64,000 bases of DNA, from positions 96,001 through 160,000 of IMG/VR virus record IMGVR_UViG_3300031993_000006. One strand, written 5' to 3'. The notes under the pieces are model-generated. The model saw nothing but the letters and a program-made list of their open reading frames with translations. It had not been told where the DNA came from and did not search any database. Below, piece after piece: positions 38,946 through 47,489 of the stretch. Made by a program: the position numbers and the translations under genes. Source of the stretch: a virus (taxonomy: Duplodnaviria > Caudoviricetes). Numbering within the stretch: position 1 is the stretch's first letter; each line of letters starts with the position of its first letter.

Positions 38946-39749
38946 ATGGCTTCTCAAGATTCAATAGGAATTCAGAAGAAAATTATCGACCTTGACCCGT
39001 ACAAGGCATCGGTTGTGGAAACTGTCGCTGAAGACAGTGAAACGGGTAAAACCGTTGTGGTCGGGCAGGAAACCGTATTCGAACCGGATGAAAATCCGAA
39101 CGAGAATGCTGCGTGGGTCCCGGCTACGGTAAAGCAGGGCGGTAATACAAGGTACACGGTTCGCCTTCCTCTCCCTGTTGCCGGCGATGGCCTCTCTCAG
39201 GATTCCGACGGTAACCTCAAGGTCGATGTCGACCCGAACACGATGGAGATTCTTCCTGACGGCAAGCTCGCGGCAAAGACTGCAGTTCCGGCTGGCATAG
39301 TGTTCTCCAGTACGATTGACCCGCTGACTGAAAGTTTCCAGCCATTTGATATGACTACCGTGTCGGCTAAGGACAATGTATTGAACAAGGATGATGCGGC
39401 AAAGTTTGCATCTGGGCTTGCACCTGCTGAGGGCGAAGTCGAATTTCCGGGTTCTTGTACCTGGATTAAGGTTGATACCCTGATGCATTTCACTGTCGAA
39501 CAATACGAGCGCAGCATCTGGTCGTACCGGTGCATTTACCGGGTGGAAGTTTCTGACCGTGCCGAGCCGATTGATGTTGAATTTTCGCTGGATACGACGG
39601 AGCCTGATAGTACCATTTCAATCCCGGTTTCAATCAAGAACAACGGGAATTCTCCTATTCGTGTGAAGGCTAGCCTCAAGTGGGACAAGGCTGGTGAGGG
39701 TGAATTGGGAGTCGCGTGTATCGCCAAGATATCTATGACCGCCGTCTAG
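38946..39749 (+). CDS. hypothetical, probably structural protein
   Basis: In a late operon; beta-rich C-terminus. Confidence 0.6.
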   Translation: MASQDSIGIQKKIIDLDPYKASVVETVAEDSETGKTVVVGQETVFEPDENPNENAAWVPATVKQGGNTRYTVRLPLPVAGDGLSQDSDGNLKVDVDPNTMEILPDGKLAAKTAVPAGIVFSSTIDPLTESFQPFDMTTVSAKDNVLNKDDAAKFASGLAPAEGEVEFPGSCTWIKVDTLMHFTVEQYERSIWSYRCIYRVEVSDRAEPIDVEFSLDTTEPDSTISIPVSIKNNGNSPIRVKASLKWDKAGEGELGVACIAKISMTAV

Positions 39750-39797
39750 TCAACGAAAGAACTAGTTTACGGTAAAAGTAGATATAGGTGGTATCGC

Positions 39798-40697
39798 ATG
39801 GCATCAAGTGCAAAGGAAAAGAAATACCGTCGTCCTCGTCAGAAGAAAGTTCCGGCTATGGCCGCCGAGTTCGACGAGAACGGTCACCAGACCGTCCAGT
39901 CGATGATGTATGGACGCATCGACCCGAATTACCTTACCCGTTTGATTATGGAATATAAGGCGTATATGGACCCGTTCGTTGCCGAGCGGGAAGCCATTGC
40001 CGCCATTGACAAGGAAAAGGCTGCGAAGATGGTCCCGCCGGAAATGGGCTGGCATCTTGGGCGCTGCGTGGATATTATCATCAAGAAGACCCTCGGTCTT
40101 CCCCGTTGGCGCGACTATAGCTCCGGGTGGCACGAGGAAATGTACGCACACGCATTGCTGTTGGTTCTTCGTTATCTCCACCGGTTCGACCCGGCGAAGG
40201 TGACTTCCGACCCGTTCTTCTATGCCGGTATGATTGTGTGGAATGCATGTAACCAGGTGTGGAATGTCCTTGACCGGCAGAATCGCCGAATCAAGTTCAT
40301 CCCGTTGGTCGACGGCATCTATCATTCTGTCGTAGCTATGGACCAGTATGCCGGTGTTCTCGAGAAGGAAGAGAAGAAGCGGGCTGAACGCGCCAAGGCT
40401 GAAGTGGTCAACTCCGGTAGCATAACTATCGACAGCGCCGTTGACATCATCAAGGAAATCGACGAGGCTGCAGGTATTCATATCGAGGAAGACTGGCTTG
40501 CTCAGCTCAATATCAACCGCGCGATGAAGAAGATTGTCAACGGTAAGGTGATAACATTGAAGCCGTTGCCTGCTCTGGAAGCCGCATATTTGGCTAATAA
40601 GGTGGAAGAGGAAAAAGCAGCAGCCGCTCCTGAAGCCAATACGGAAGAACTTGCACCCGAAAAGGAAGAACCCGAGGTTAAAACCGAAACTGCATAA
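39798..40697 (+). CDS. gp55: late-transcription sigma factor, T4 gp55-like
   Basis: LGRCVDII, WRDYSSGWHEEM, RFDPAK..DPFFYAGMIVWNA match gp55 conserved blocks. Confidence 0.82.
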   Translation: MASSAKEKKYRRPRQKKVPAMAAEFDENGHQTVQSMMYGRIDPNYLTRLIMEYKAYMDPFVAEREAIAAIDKEKAAKMVPPEMGWHLGRCVDIIIKKTLGLPRWRDYSSGWHEEMYAHALLLVLRYLHRFDPAKVTSDPFFYAGMIVWNACNQVWNVLDRQNRRIKFIPLVDGIYHSVVAMDQYAGVLEKEEKKRAERAKAEVVNSGSITIDSAVDIIKEIDEAAGIHIEEDWLAQLNINRAMKKIVNGKVITLKPLPALEAAYLANKVEEEKAAAAPEANTEELAPEKEEPEVKTETA

Positions 40698-40741
40698 TAT
40701 ATAAACTTGCGTTTGTTACCAGACAGACGGGGTTTAATACT

Positions 40742-41212
40742 ATGGGAATCGAAATGGGTGCCGTTGGACTGTACGGCCAGAACTTTGATACGCATCCGGA
40801 CTACCGGCATGATATGTTCTATATGGTGCAGAATGTAGCCCGCGGTATCGGCGACATTCGTAGCGGAAAGGCTAACGATTTCCTGAACCGCGCCTACGAG
40901 CAGAACTGGATGCATACTGAAGATGAGCTTGCAAGGCTTCAGGACAAGTTCCTTGAGGATGATATGATTAACAATACTCCGGGTCGCGGTCAGCGCAACT
41001 ACCGCAGGATGGAGTACGATATCGAGAAGAATCCGAACGGGAAGGGTGCCGCGGAAGACCGCAAGCTTGCCGAGGAGCGCAAGGTGCTTCCGGCAGAAAA
41101 GGTTCTCGGTTTGATGAGGCAGCATCTTTATGCGATGTGCACGACCGCATCCGCCGTGAAGAGTACACCAATCAAGCAGAAGGACTACGACGGCCAGATA
41201 AAGCTCAGGTAG
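40742..41212 (+). CDS. hypothetical late protein
   Basis: ATAAACT at 40701-40707; followed by a terminator. Confidence 0.7.
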   Translation: MGIEMGAVGLYGQNFDTHPDYRHDMFYMVQNVARGIGDIRSGKANDFLNRAYEQNWMHTEDELARLQDKFLEDDMINNTPGRGQRNYRRMEYDIEKNPNGKGAAEDRKLAEERKVLPAEKVLGLMRQHLYAMCTTASAVKSTPIKQKDYDGQIKLR

Positions 41213-41244
41213 TTCATTCTTAATCGTCCGATGGGTAAAATTTG

Positions 41245-41276
41245 AGACGGAAATTGTTTAATTTCCGTCTTTTTTG
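41245..41276 (+). terminator. intrinsic terminator
   Basis: AGACGGAAATT..AATTTCCGTCT plus T tract. Confidence 0.85.
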
Positions 41277-41301
41277 TTGGATTTTCCTGGAAAAGTAAAG
41301 T

Positions 41302-41317
41302 TGGCACGGTTTTTGCT
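41302..41317 (+). promoter_or_regulatory. sigma54 (-24/-12) promoter
   Basis: TGGCACG-gttt-TTGCT is an exact match to TGGCACG-N4-TTGCW. Confidence 0.7.
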
Positions 41318-41354
41318 ATATGACGGCGGAAACAATTAAGCAAAGGAGCTTAAA

Positions 41355-41741
41355 ATGAATGATATGTTGAATAGGGTTGTGCCTGGTTTTGGTTTTCTCT
41401 TTGGTGACCAGGGTATCCGTGATATGTTGAACCGTCTTGACAATACTGCACAGGCGGTGAAGCAGCCGGCTTACGAGTTGAGTGAGGATGGCAAGGAAAT
41501 CTTCGTGGACCTACCGGGTTGCAAGAAGGAAGATATTTCTATTGAACTTGGTGAAGGTGGCCGGCTATCAATATCGGCAAAACGTGTTCTCGGTGGGAAT
41601 GAGAAGGAATATGGTGTCGTCCTTACATTGACCGACCGGAACTACGCGGTCGATACCGAAAAACTCAAGTATGAGGATGGCGTGTTGCATATTCCTGTCA
41701 AGGAAATCAGGCCGGAGGTAAAAAAGTTGGTAATTCGGTAA
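41355..41741 (+). CDS. small heat-shock protein (Hsp20 / alpha-crystallin domain)
   Basis: VDLPGCKKEDISI, LSISAKR, YEDGVLHIP. Confidence 0.9.
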   Translation: MNDMLNRVVPGFGFLFGDQGIRDMLNRLDNTAQAVKQPAYELSEDGKEIFVDLPGCKKEDISIELGEGGRLSISAKRVLGGNEKEYGVVLTLTDRNYAVDTEKLKYEDGVLHIPVKEIRPEVKKLVIR

Positions 41742-41809
41742 TTCGGGTGTAGTTTTTGCTATATTTGAAATTGCCAGAGATGGTATTCTTCTTAGAAGAG
41801 GTTAAACAA

Positions 41810-41838
41810 GAATTCCCGGGATTCGCCCCGGGAATTTT
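41810..41838. terminator. terminator hairpin between convergent genes
   Basis: AATTCCCGGG-attcgc-CCCGGGAATT. Confidence 0.75.
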
Positions 41839-41861
41839 CCGTTATGGTATCTGAGATACAA

Positions 41862-42203
41862 TTACCGTTGCCGCTGACCCTGAGCTGATTTGGTGAGGTA
41901 ATTGCTGTAGTCGCTCAGCTTGTTCATCAGTTTCTGTTTGACTTCATCCGGGTGGTTGGACTTGATGATTACGTTACCGACACCTTCTAGGAAGGCCCGG
42001 TCGCTGAGACCGGAATGCTTGCGGAAGTCGTCGAGCTCGGCGAAACCCTGGGCTTCGGTAATTGCCTTGGTTTCGGCAGCCTTGCGCCTGCGGTATTCGT
42101 TGGCCATCAGAGTGATGCCTTCGGTAAGCTTTTTGATGGTCTCCGTGTTCTCGGGTGTTTCAAGGTCCTCGATACCGTTTATAAGAGCTTCTAAGCGTGT
42201 CAT
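41862..42203 (-). CDS. small late protein, possible internal head protein
   Basis: Minus-strand ATAAACT at 42236-42242; LEA/TEA/LEG motifs. Confidence 0.65.
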   Translation of the reverse strand: MTRLEALINGIEDLETPENTETIKKLTEGITLMANEYRRRKAAETKAITEAQGFAELDDFRKHSGLSDRAFLEGVGNVIIKSNHPDEVKQKLMNKLSDYSNYLTKSAQGQRQR

Positions 42204-42265
42204 GATAGCCTCATTGTAAATACTTGTTTGACTCTAGTTTATCATTTTGCTATAAACTGTGTGAT

Positions 42266-43945
42266 ATGCGGCAGTATTATTATGTCAGGGAAGTAGAGAA
42301 GATACTTATCGCCATCTACGATATGTTCGACAACATGCGGGTGAATAAGTATACGGACCCACAGAGGAAGACCATCGATAAGACGGTCGAGATTCCTCTG
42401 GTTACTCACTATTCGAAGAGTTTTGCTAATTACCTGTCTTCCACGACATCCAAGCAGATTCTCCCGATTCTCCCGGTTGCCGGTCTACGCTACATGGGCG
42501 ACTCCCGGGATAATCCCAATATGCCGCAGCCGACCTATGCAAGGGAGCTGTACTGCAAAGAACACGACTTCTGGATTCGTGACATCCAGCCGAGGGCGCA
42601 TGTGTTCCGCTTCGAGCTGACCGTGCTTACCAGTAATACCTCCGATATGTGGCAGATTAAGGAGAATATCCAGTCTACTTTTGCAGAATATCGCAGTGTG
42701 CGGATTAAGGAATTCGATTTCTGTCCTGAACACGGGATAACCATCCCGGTCCATCTAGTAAATTGGAATGACGATGTTCATGATGAGACCGAGTTGACCT
42801 CGAACGAGTCGCAGTATTTCCAGACGACCTTCACGATAGAGGCGCACGGGTGGATACACAAGGCGTACATGATTCCTGCAGAAATCCGCTATGCCCAGAT
42901 GGACTTCAATGTGGGTAACAAGATGTTAGACAGCGAGCAGATTCTTGTCTATCCCGACGAGATTGCCAAGCAGAAGCGTCGTCTGTGGGAAACGGTGACC
43001 CCTTCCCGTCGCAAGGGATTCTCCCTGCTTAAAACATTTACCAGAACCCTTATGCGCCGCTCTACGGTGGATGGCGAGGAATACTGGAGTGATGAAACTC
43101 TCAGGTATGCGATGCTTACCTATAATGAGATTACCGGGTATGACAGCAACGGTGACCCGAAGGGATTCAACCCGATAGCCGTCGGTGATGGGGAGAACGG
43201 CTATGTGGAGGAATATGTCCGCAATCCGGATGGCTCATATGCAAGAAACGAGGATGGCTCGTTGAAGACTCAGCGCGTTCCGAAGTACAGCTGGGAACAG
43301 GTAGTCGTCGATGATGTCGAACGCCCGACCGAGGTGCCGTCATTTGACCTGTTGCACCTTACCTTTGATGAGGACAGTCCGTTTGCGAAGGATGCAAGCG
43401 GGATGGGCCGTGATTTTGTGGCAATCAATGACGAAAACCGTAAGTTCGTCCCGAATATTGCTCCTGGTAACGGTACTGATGCCCCGGAAGGATACGAGGC
43501 GCTTGGTATTCAGGCTGATTCGAGCAGTGAGAGTGGTATCAGTGACTGGGGGCAGATTATCGAGTGGTTCGGCGATAATAAGGAAGGGAAAATTGACAAC
43601 CCGTTCACCTTCAAGGCTACCCTGCAGTTCAAGGAATCTACTCCGGGTGATACCGTGTTCCAGTACCTGTATAACCCTGCCGATGTCACCCTTGAAGACG
43701 GTACCGTGATTCCGGCTGGAGAAGTATGGTTTGATTGGGGCGTGATGGATTCCAAGCTCTACTTTACTTATAAGACCACCACGCAGTATCATACATTCGA
43801 GACTGATACATTTGAATTTGACAACAAGACGATTTACTCATTCTACTTTGTCTTGTATAACAGCGGCGCGTCGGGTATGTTTGGCGTAAAGACTAACCTG
43901 AACGATACGATGGTCGCGTTGATTACACACGAAGTAAAGGAATAG
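42266..43945 (+). CDS. gp15: tail sheath stabiliser/terminator, T4 gp15-like, with C-terminal extension
   Basis: YYY..KILIAIYDMFDN, IPL, LP, FELTV..DMWQIKENI, FTIEAHGWI; ATG 42266 follows ATAAACT 42252-42258. Confidence 0.72.
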   Translation: MRQYYYVREVEKILIAIYDMFDNMRVNKYTDPQRKTIDKTVEIPLVTHYSKSFANYLSSTTSKQILPILPVAGLRYMGDSRDNPNMPQPTYARELYCKEHDFWIRDIQPRAHVFRFELTVLTSNTSDMWQIKENIQSTFAEYRSVRIKEFDFCPEHGITIPVHLVNWNDDVHDETELTSNESQYFQTTFTIEAHGWIHKAYMIPAEIRYAQMDFNVGNKMLDSEQILVYPDEIAKQKRRLWETVTPSRRKGFSLLKTFTRTLMRRSTVDGEEYWSDETLRYAMLTYNEITGYDSNGDPKGFNPIAVGDGENGYVEEYVRNPDGSYARNEDGSLKTQRVPKYSWEQVVVDDVERPTEVPSFDLLHLTFDEDSPFAKDASGMGRDFVAINDENRKFVPNIAPGNGTDAPEGYEALGIQADSSSESGISDWGQIIEWFGDNKEGKIDNPFTFKATLQFKESTPGDTVFQYLYNPADVTLEDGTVIPAGEVWFDWGVMDSKLYFTYKTTTQYHTFETDTFEFDNKTIYSFYFVLYNSGASGMFGVKTNLNDTMVALITHEVKE

Positions 43946-43947
43946 CT

Positions 43948-44604
43948 ATGGATATCAAGGAGAGAATGGCTAGGCAGATGCATCGGGTGAAGGTGGAGGC
44001 CGCAATTGCTGCGATGAAGACTCCGCCACCTGATTATGTGTTCAAGGAACCGCAGATGCCGAAGCCGATGTCTGAACAGCAGAAGGTGCAGGCGTTTATC
44101 GAGGACCGTACCTATGACGACATTCCGATGGAGCGGAGTAAGATTGACCCGAAGCGGGTTACATCTATGGCCGATGTTCATCGTATCGTCATATCGGAAC
44201 AGCCGAGGGAATTTGTAATTGGTCCGAAGGAACAGCTGGACCACAAGGCGCCGAACTTCCGCAATATAGGTCAGGAAGCGATAGAGGGACCGGGATACTC
44301 GGCAATCAAGGCAAATAATAGGGATGACGAGGAAGACCGGATGATTCAGATGTCCGATGGTGATAATAGCGCCCCGGCACTTCATGGAATTAAGATTGAC
44401 CTTAGCGGTAGCATCGGAAAGATGGCGGCTGCCCAGCAGGCGACCGCTCCGAGTGAACCACCCCCTCCGCCCCCGCAGTCTCAGCCGAAAGCGGCTCAGC
44501 CCAACGTAGGTACGAATGTCCCTCCAGGTACCATTGAAATGACCGATATGCAGCGGCAGATGCTTGCTGCGATGCGCGCACAGAGGGGCGCGAAGGTTTT
44601 GTAA
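43948..44604 (+). CDS. Pro/Gln-rich hypothetical protein
   Basis: In operon with SD; low complexity. Confidence 0.7.
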   Translation: MDIKERMARQMHRVKVEAAIAAMKTPPPDYVFKEPQMPKPMSEQQKVQAFIEDRTYDDIPMERSKIDPKRVTSMADVHRIVISEQPREFVIGPKEQLDHKAPNFRNIGQEAIEGPGYSAIKANNRDDEEDRMIQMSDGDNSAPALHGIKIDLSGSIGKMAAAQQATAPSEPPPPPPQSQPKAAQPNVGTNVPPGTIEMTDMQRQMLAAMRAQRGAKVL

Positions 44605-44625
44605 TTAACTAAAGGAGAATGCATT

Positions 44626-45330
44626 ATGAGCATGTCAATTCAGGAAAGAATGGCTCTGCAGGCGAGACTATCCGTAGCTTCGCATCGTCAGCCCATTCCG
44701 ACGCCACCCAAGGCAGCAGCGCCGGCATCCAGTGCCGTAGAGCGTATGGCAAAGCAGGCTGCTGTCGCCGCACAGAACAAGGCTTCAGCAAATTCACTTC
44801 CTCCTCCACCGGAACCGAAGTCCGCGCCGTCGATGAGCGCCGCCGAACGCATTCAGCGCCAGGCAATTACGGCTGCCGCACAGAAGGGCTTTAACGGAAA
44901 GGCCGAGGTGAACGCTCAGGTAATCGACTACTGGCACAAGCGCTACGCCGACTTCCAGAAGAATGTTACCGAAAAGCTCGCACTCGACCCACTCTACTTC
45001 GAGAAATTCGATGCAATTACCGGGCTGCCTCTTGATGGTTCCGGTGCGGAGACCTCGGAAACGAAGGAAGGCGCCCCGGTTGAATCTGAAGCGCCTGTAG
45101 TGGGTGTTGCTACGGCCGAAGGCGAAGTCGCAATCACTGCGCCGGCATCTGAACCGGTCAAGGATATGCCGTTCCAGGCTACCCCGGTGATTAAGCCGAA
45201 GCGCGTAGCGAGTCGTAAGAAGAAGCCTGCCACCAAGCCGATTGACCCTGAAAACGATGGAGTCGAGGAACCGGTGACAAGCAATCCGTTCGGTGTTACC
45301 GCAAGTGGAGAATCTGTAGGAATCCAGTAA
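44626..45330 (+). CDS. Ala/Pro-rich hypothetical protein
   Basis: SD AAGGAG; low complexity. Confidence 0.7.
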   Translation: MSMSIQERMALQARLSVASHRQPIPTPPKAAAPASSAVERMAKQAAVAAQNKASANSLPPPPEPKSAPSMSAAERIQRQAITAAAQKGFNGKAEVNAQVIDYWHKRYADFQKNVTEKLALDPLYFEKFDAITGLPLDGSGAETSETKEGAPVESEAPVVGVATAEGEVAITAPASEPVKDMPFQATPVIKPKRVASRKKKPATKPIDPENDGVEEPVTSNPFGVTASGESVGIQ

Positions 45331-46222
45331 TGGCTTCCCAGATGGAATCCAGTATGTTTCGGCTGCTGGCCTTCGGGCTGGCAGCCTTTTTCGTAGTTGC
45401 CTTTGGGGTTGCTTTCTTGGCCGGGTCTTCGCACCTTGCATGTTCTCCCTCGGGTTCCGCTGGAGTATTCTTGGGTGTTTCCTTTGGTTTTTCGGTGCAG
45501 GCATCGGCGATGCTCTTCATTGACAGGGATAGCGGCCAGTCGAACTTGTCTTTTCGTACATTGCTGTGGAAGAATACGCCGTTGAAATTCAGTGCGGTAC
45601 TTGCGTCGTCGAATGGTTCATCGTCCTTGACGAAATCGAGTCTGATTGAGTGCTTTGCCGCGAGGTACTTTACGAGGGAAGCTGTGGCGGCAATCTGGAT
45701 TGGACTCATCAGAGCGTAGTGCTTGTTCCCACGGTACTCGTGTTCCTCGTAGAACTCGGTTTCCTTTGCCGTGCAGTATACGCTTCCGTAGGCGTCGTAG
45801 AGCTTGCTGTTCTTCATGGTGAGTGGGCCATAGTTGGAAATTTCGATTCCGATTGACTGCTTGGAGAGGGCGGTGTTCCCCCCGATGGTTCCCGAGCCGA
45901 GATGATAGCTCCAGTTGTTGTCCGGGAAAAGCTCGTAGATGCGCCCTGTACGGTCGACTACATAGGATACCGATACATGGTTGCCCGGCTTGGATAGCGC
46001 CTCGATGTCGGACATGATGTACCCGACCGTGAAATGGAGGCAGATACTTTTCTTTGTCGTGTCGGCTGGATAGTAGTAGGTTGGGTCTGTTGGACGGATT
46101 GATGTGATTTCGAACCCGCCGGGGATGGTTACCGTTCCGACTCTCTTGAATGTACGCCCGCTCGGAAGCTTCAATGTATCCGCAAAACGGTCTTCTTTTT
46201 CGGAAATTTTGGATGGATGCAT
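45296..46222 (-). CDS. N-acetylmuramoyl-L-alanine amidase (Amidase_2), probable endolysin
   Basis: ICLHFT, VSYVVDRTG, WSYHLG, SIGIEI, FHSNVRKDKFD; minus-strand late promoter 46252-46258. Confidence 0.88.
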   Translation of the reverse strand: MHPSKISEKEDRFADTLKLPSGRTFKRVGTVTIPGGFEITSIRPTDPTYYYPADTTKKSICLHFTVGYIMSDIEALSKPGNHVSVSYVVDRTGRIYELFPDNNWSYHLGSGTIGGNTALSKQSIGIEISNYGPLTMKNSKLYDAYGSVYCTAKETEFYEEHEYRGNKHYALMSPIQIAATASLVKYLAAKHSIRLDFVKDDEPFDDASTALNFNGVFFHSNVRKDKFDWPLSLSMKSIADACTEKPKETPKNTPAEPEGEHARCEDPAKKATPKATTKKAASPKASSRNILDSIWEAITGFLQILHLR

Positions 46223-46293
46223 ACTGAAGTCTCCTTTTTTCTGCTGGTCGAAGTTTATGCAACGATAAACTTGCGGAAAATAACAGTGAAGGT

Positions 46294-46848
46294 ATGATTA
46301 TGGCAGTCGATATGGCTCAGGCTCAGGCTCTTAAGTTTAGGGAGATTCTCAGGGAAAATATCGAAAAACTCGTTGGTGATAGCGAGACGACCGATGCGAT
46401 TATGAACATGTGTGAAACGGTTAGTAAAATGGCTGCGGTGAACGAGAAAAGCCGGGCTATCTTGATGGAAGCTGCCGACCAGAAGGGCAATAGTTACGAT
46501 ACGCTCAAGGATATGGCGAAGTGGCTCCTTAACGAAGGTAATGACCTTAATGTGTTTCACTGGAATGTGGATAAGAATTCTAAGCATGAATTGCTTGACG
46601 AAGCTTACAAACTTTGCCGGGATAGCGGCGATAAGCTAGCCGAGGCTTACATAGCGATTATGGACAAGCCGACTGACACGCCGCCTAGCGATGAAGAGGT
46701 GCTGAATCGTCTGAAGACTTTGCAGAGCCGTATGCAGGAGGCTGTATCCAAGAATCCGAAGTTCAGCGAAGGTGTCAAGAATTACTTTGCTGATTTCGAC
46801 GAGAAGATTACGACCATTATCTACAAGTGGTCACGGTTCAGCGCCTAA
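46294..46848 (+). CDS. Dps/ferritin-like domain protein
   Basis: FHWNV..KHELLDEAY..DKLAE resembles the Dps ferroxidase pattern; late promoter 46265-46271. Confidence 0.6.
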   Translation: MIMAVDMAQAQALKFREILRENIEKLVGDSETTDAIMNMCETVSKMAAVNEKSRAILMEAADQKGNSYDTLKDMAKWLLNEGNDLNVFHWNVDKNSKHELLDEAYKLCRDSGDKLAEAYIAIMDKPTDTPPSDEEVLNRLKTLQSRMQEAVSKNPKFSEGVKNYFADFDEKITTIIYKWSRFSA

Positions 46849-46897
46849 TCGGCATAATTGCTATATTTGTATTACTGTCACTATACGGAGGTTCACA

Positions 46898-47488
46898 ATG
46901 GATATGGCCAAGATGCTTGCCGAGGAAAGGGAAGATATGCTTAAGCATAAGTATATCGAATCGGAGAAGGCTGGTCGCGACCTGGGTGAGCCGTCTATGG
47001 TGAAGTGGGCGAAGGAATTCGGGGAAGCGTGGCGTTTTAACTACAACAAGACGCATATGATGGACCTCGGCGATGGCACTAAGCCCGTATATTTCGGTAT
47101 TTTTCTGGACCAGAAGTCCAGGGAATATCTCCAGAATGAACTCTTTGAATATGTTCCGTCCGGGTGGCGCATGTTGTGCCACCATTGCACGATAGCATTT
47201 GGCAGCCCGGAGAAACACCCTGATGTACTCGACTTCCTTGCATTGAAACTGGCAAAGAATGTCGAACTGGAAATAGTATCCCTTGGCATCTCTGATGATG
47301 CGATTGCGGTAGGGGTTGCCGGTGATTTCAAGTCTATAAACCCGATACCGCATATCACTGTCGGTATACCGTTCGATGGAAAGCCGAAAAACTCGAATTT
47401 CATTAAGGAATGGAAAGAATTTAAAATGGACCGGAAGGTAGTCGGTGTAGTCGATGCTTACCCGAGTCACTTTGGGTGGAAACACTAG
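46898..47488 (+). CDS. 2H phosphoesterase with a small N-terminal domain
   Basis: Two HxT motifs (HHCTI, PHITV); ATG 46898 with GGAGG SD after GCTATATTTG (46860-46869). Confidence 0.7.
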   Translation: MDMAKMLAEEREDMLKHKYIESEKAGRDLGEPSMVKWAKEFGEAWRFNYNKTHMMDLGDGTKPVYFGIFLDQKSREYLQNELFEYVPSGWRMLCHHCTIAFGSPEKHPDVLDFLALKLAKNVELEIVSLGISDDAIAVGVAGDFKSINPIPHITVGIPFDGKPKNSNFIKEWKEFKMDRKVVGVVDAYPSHFGWKH

Positions 47489-47489
47489 T

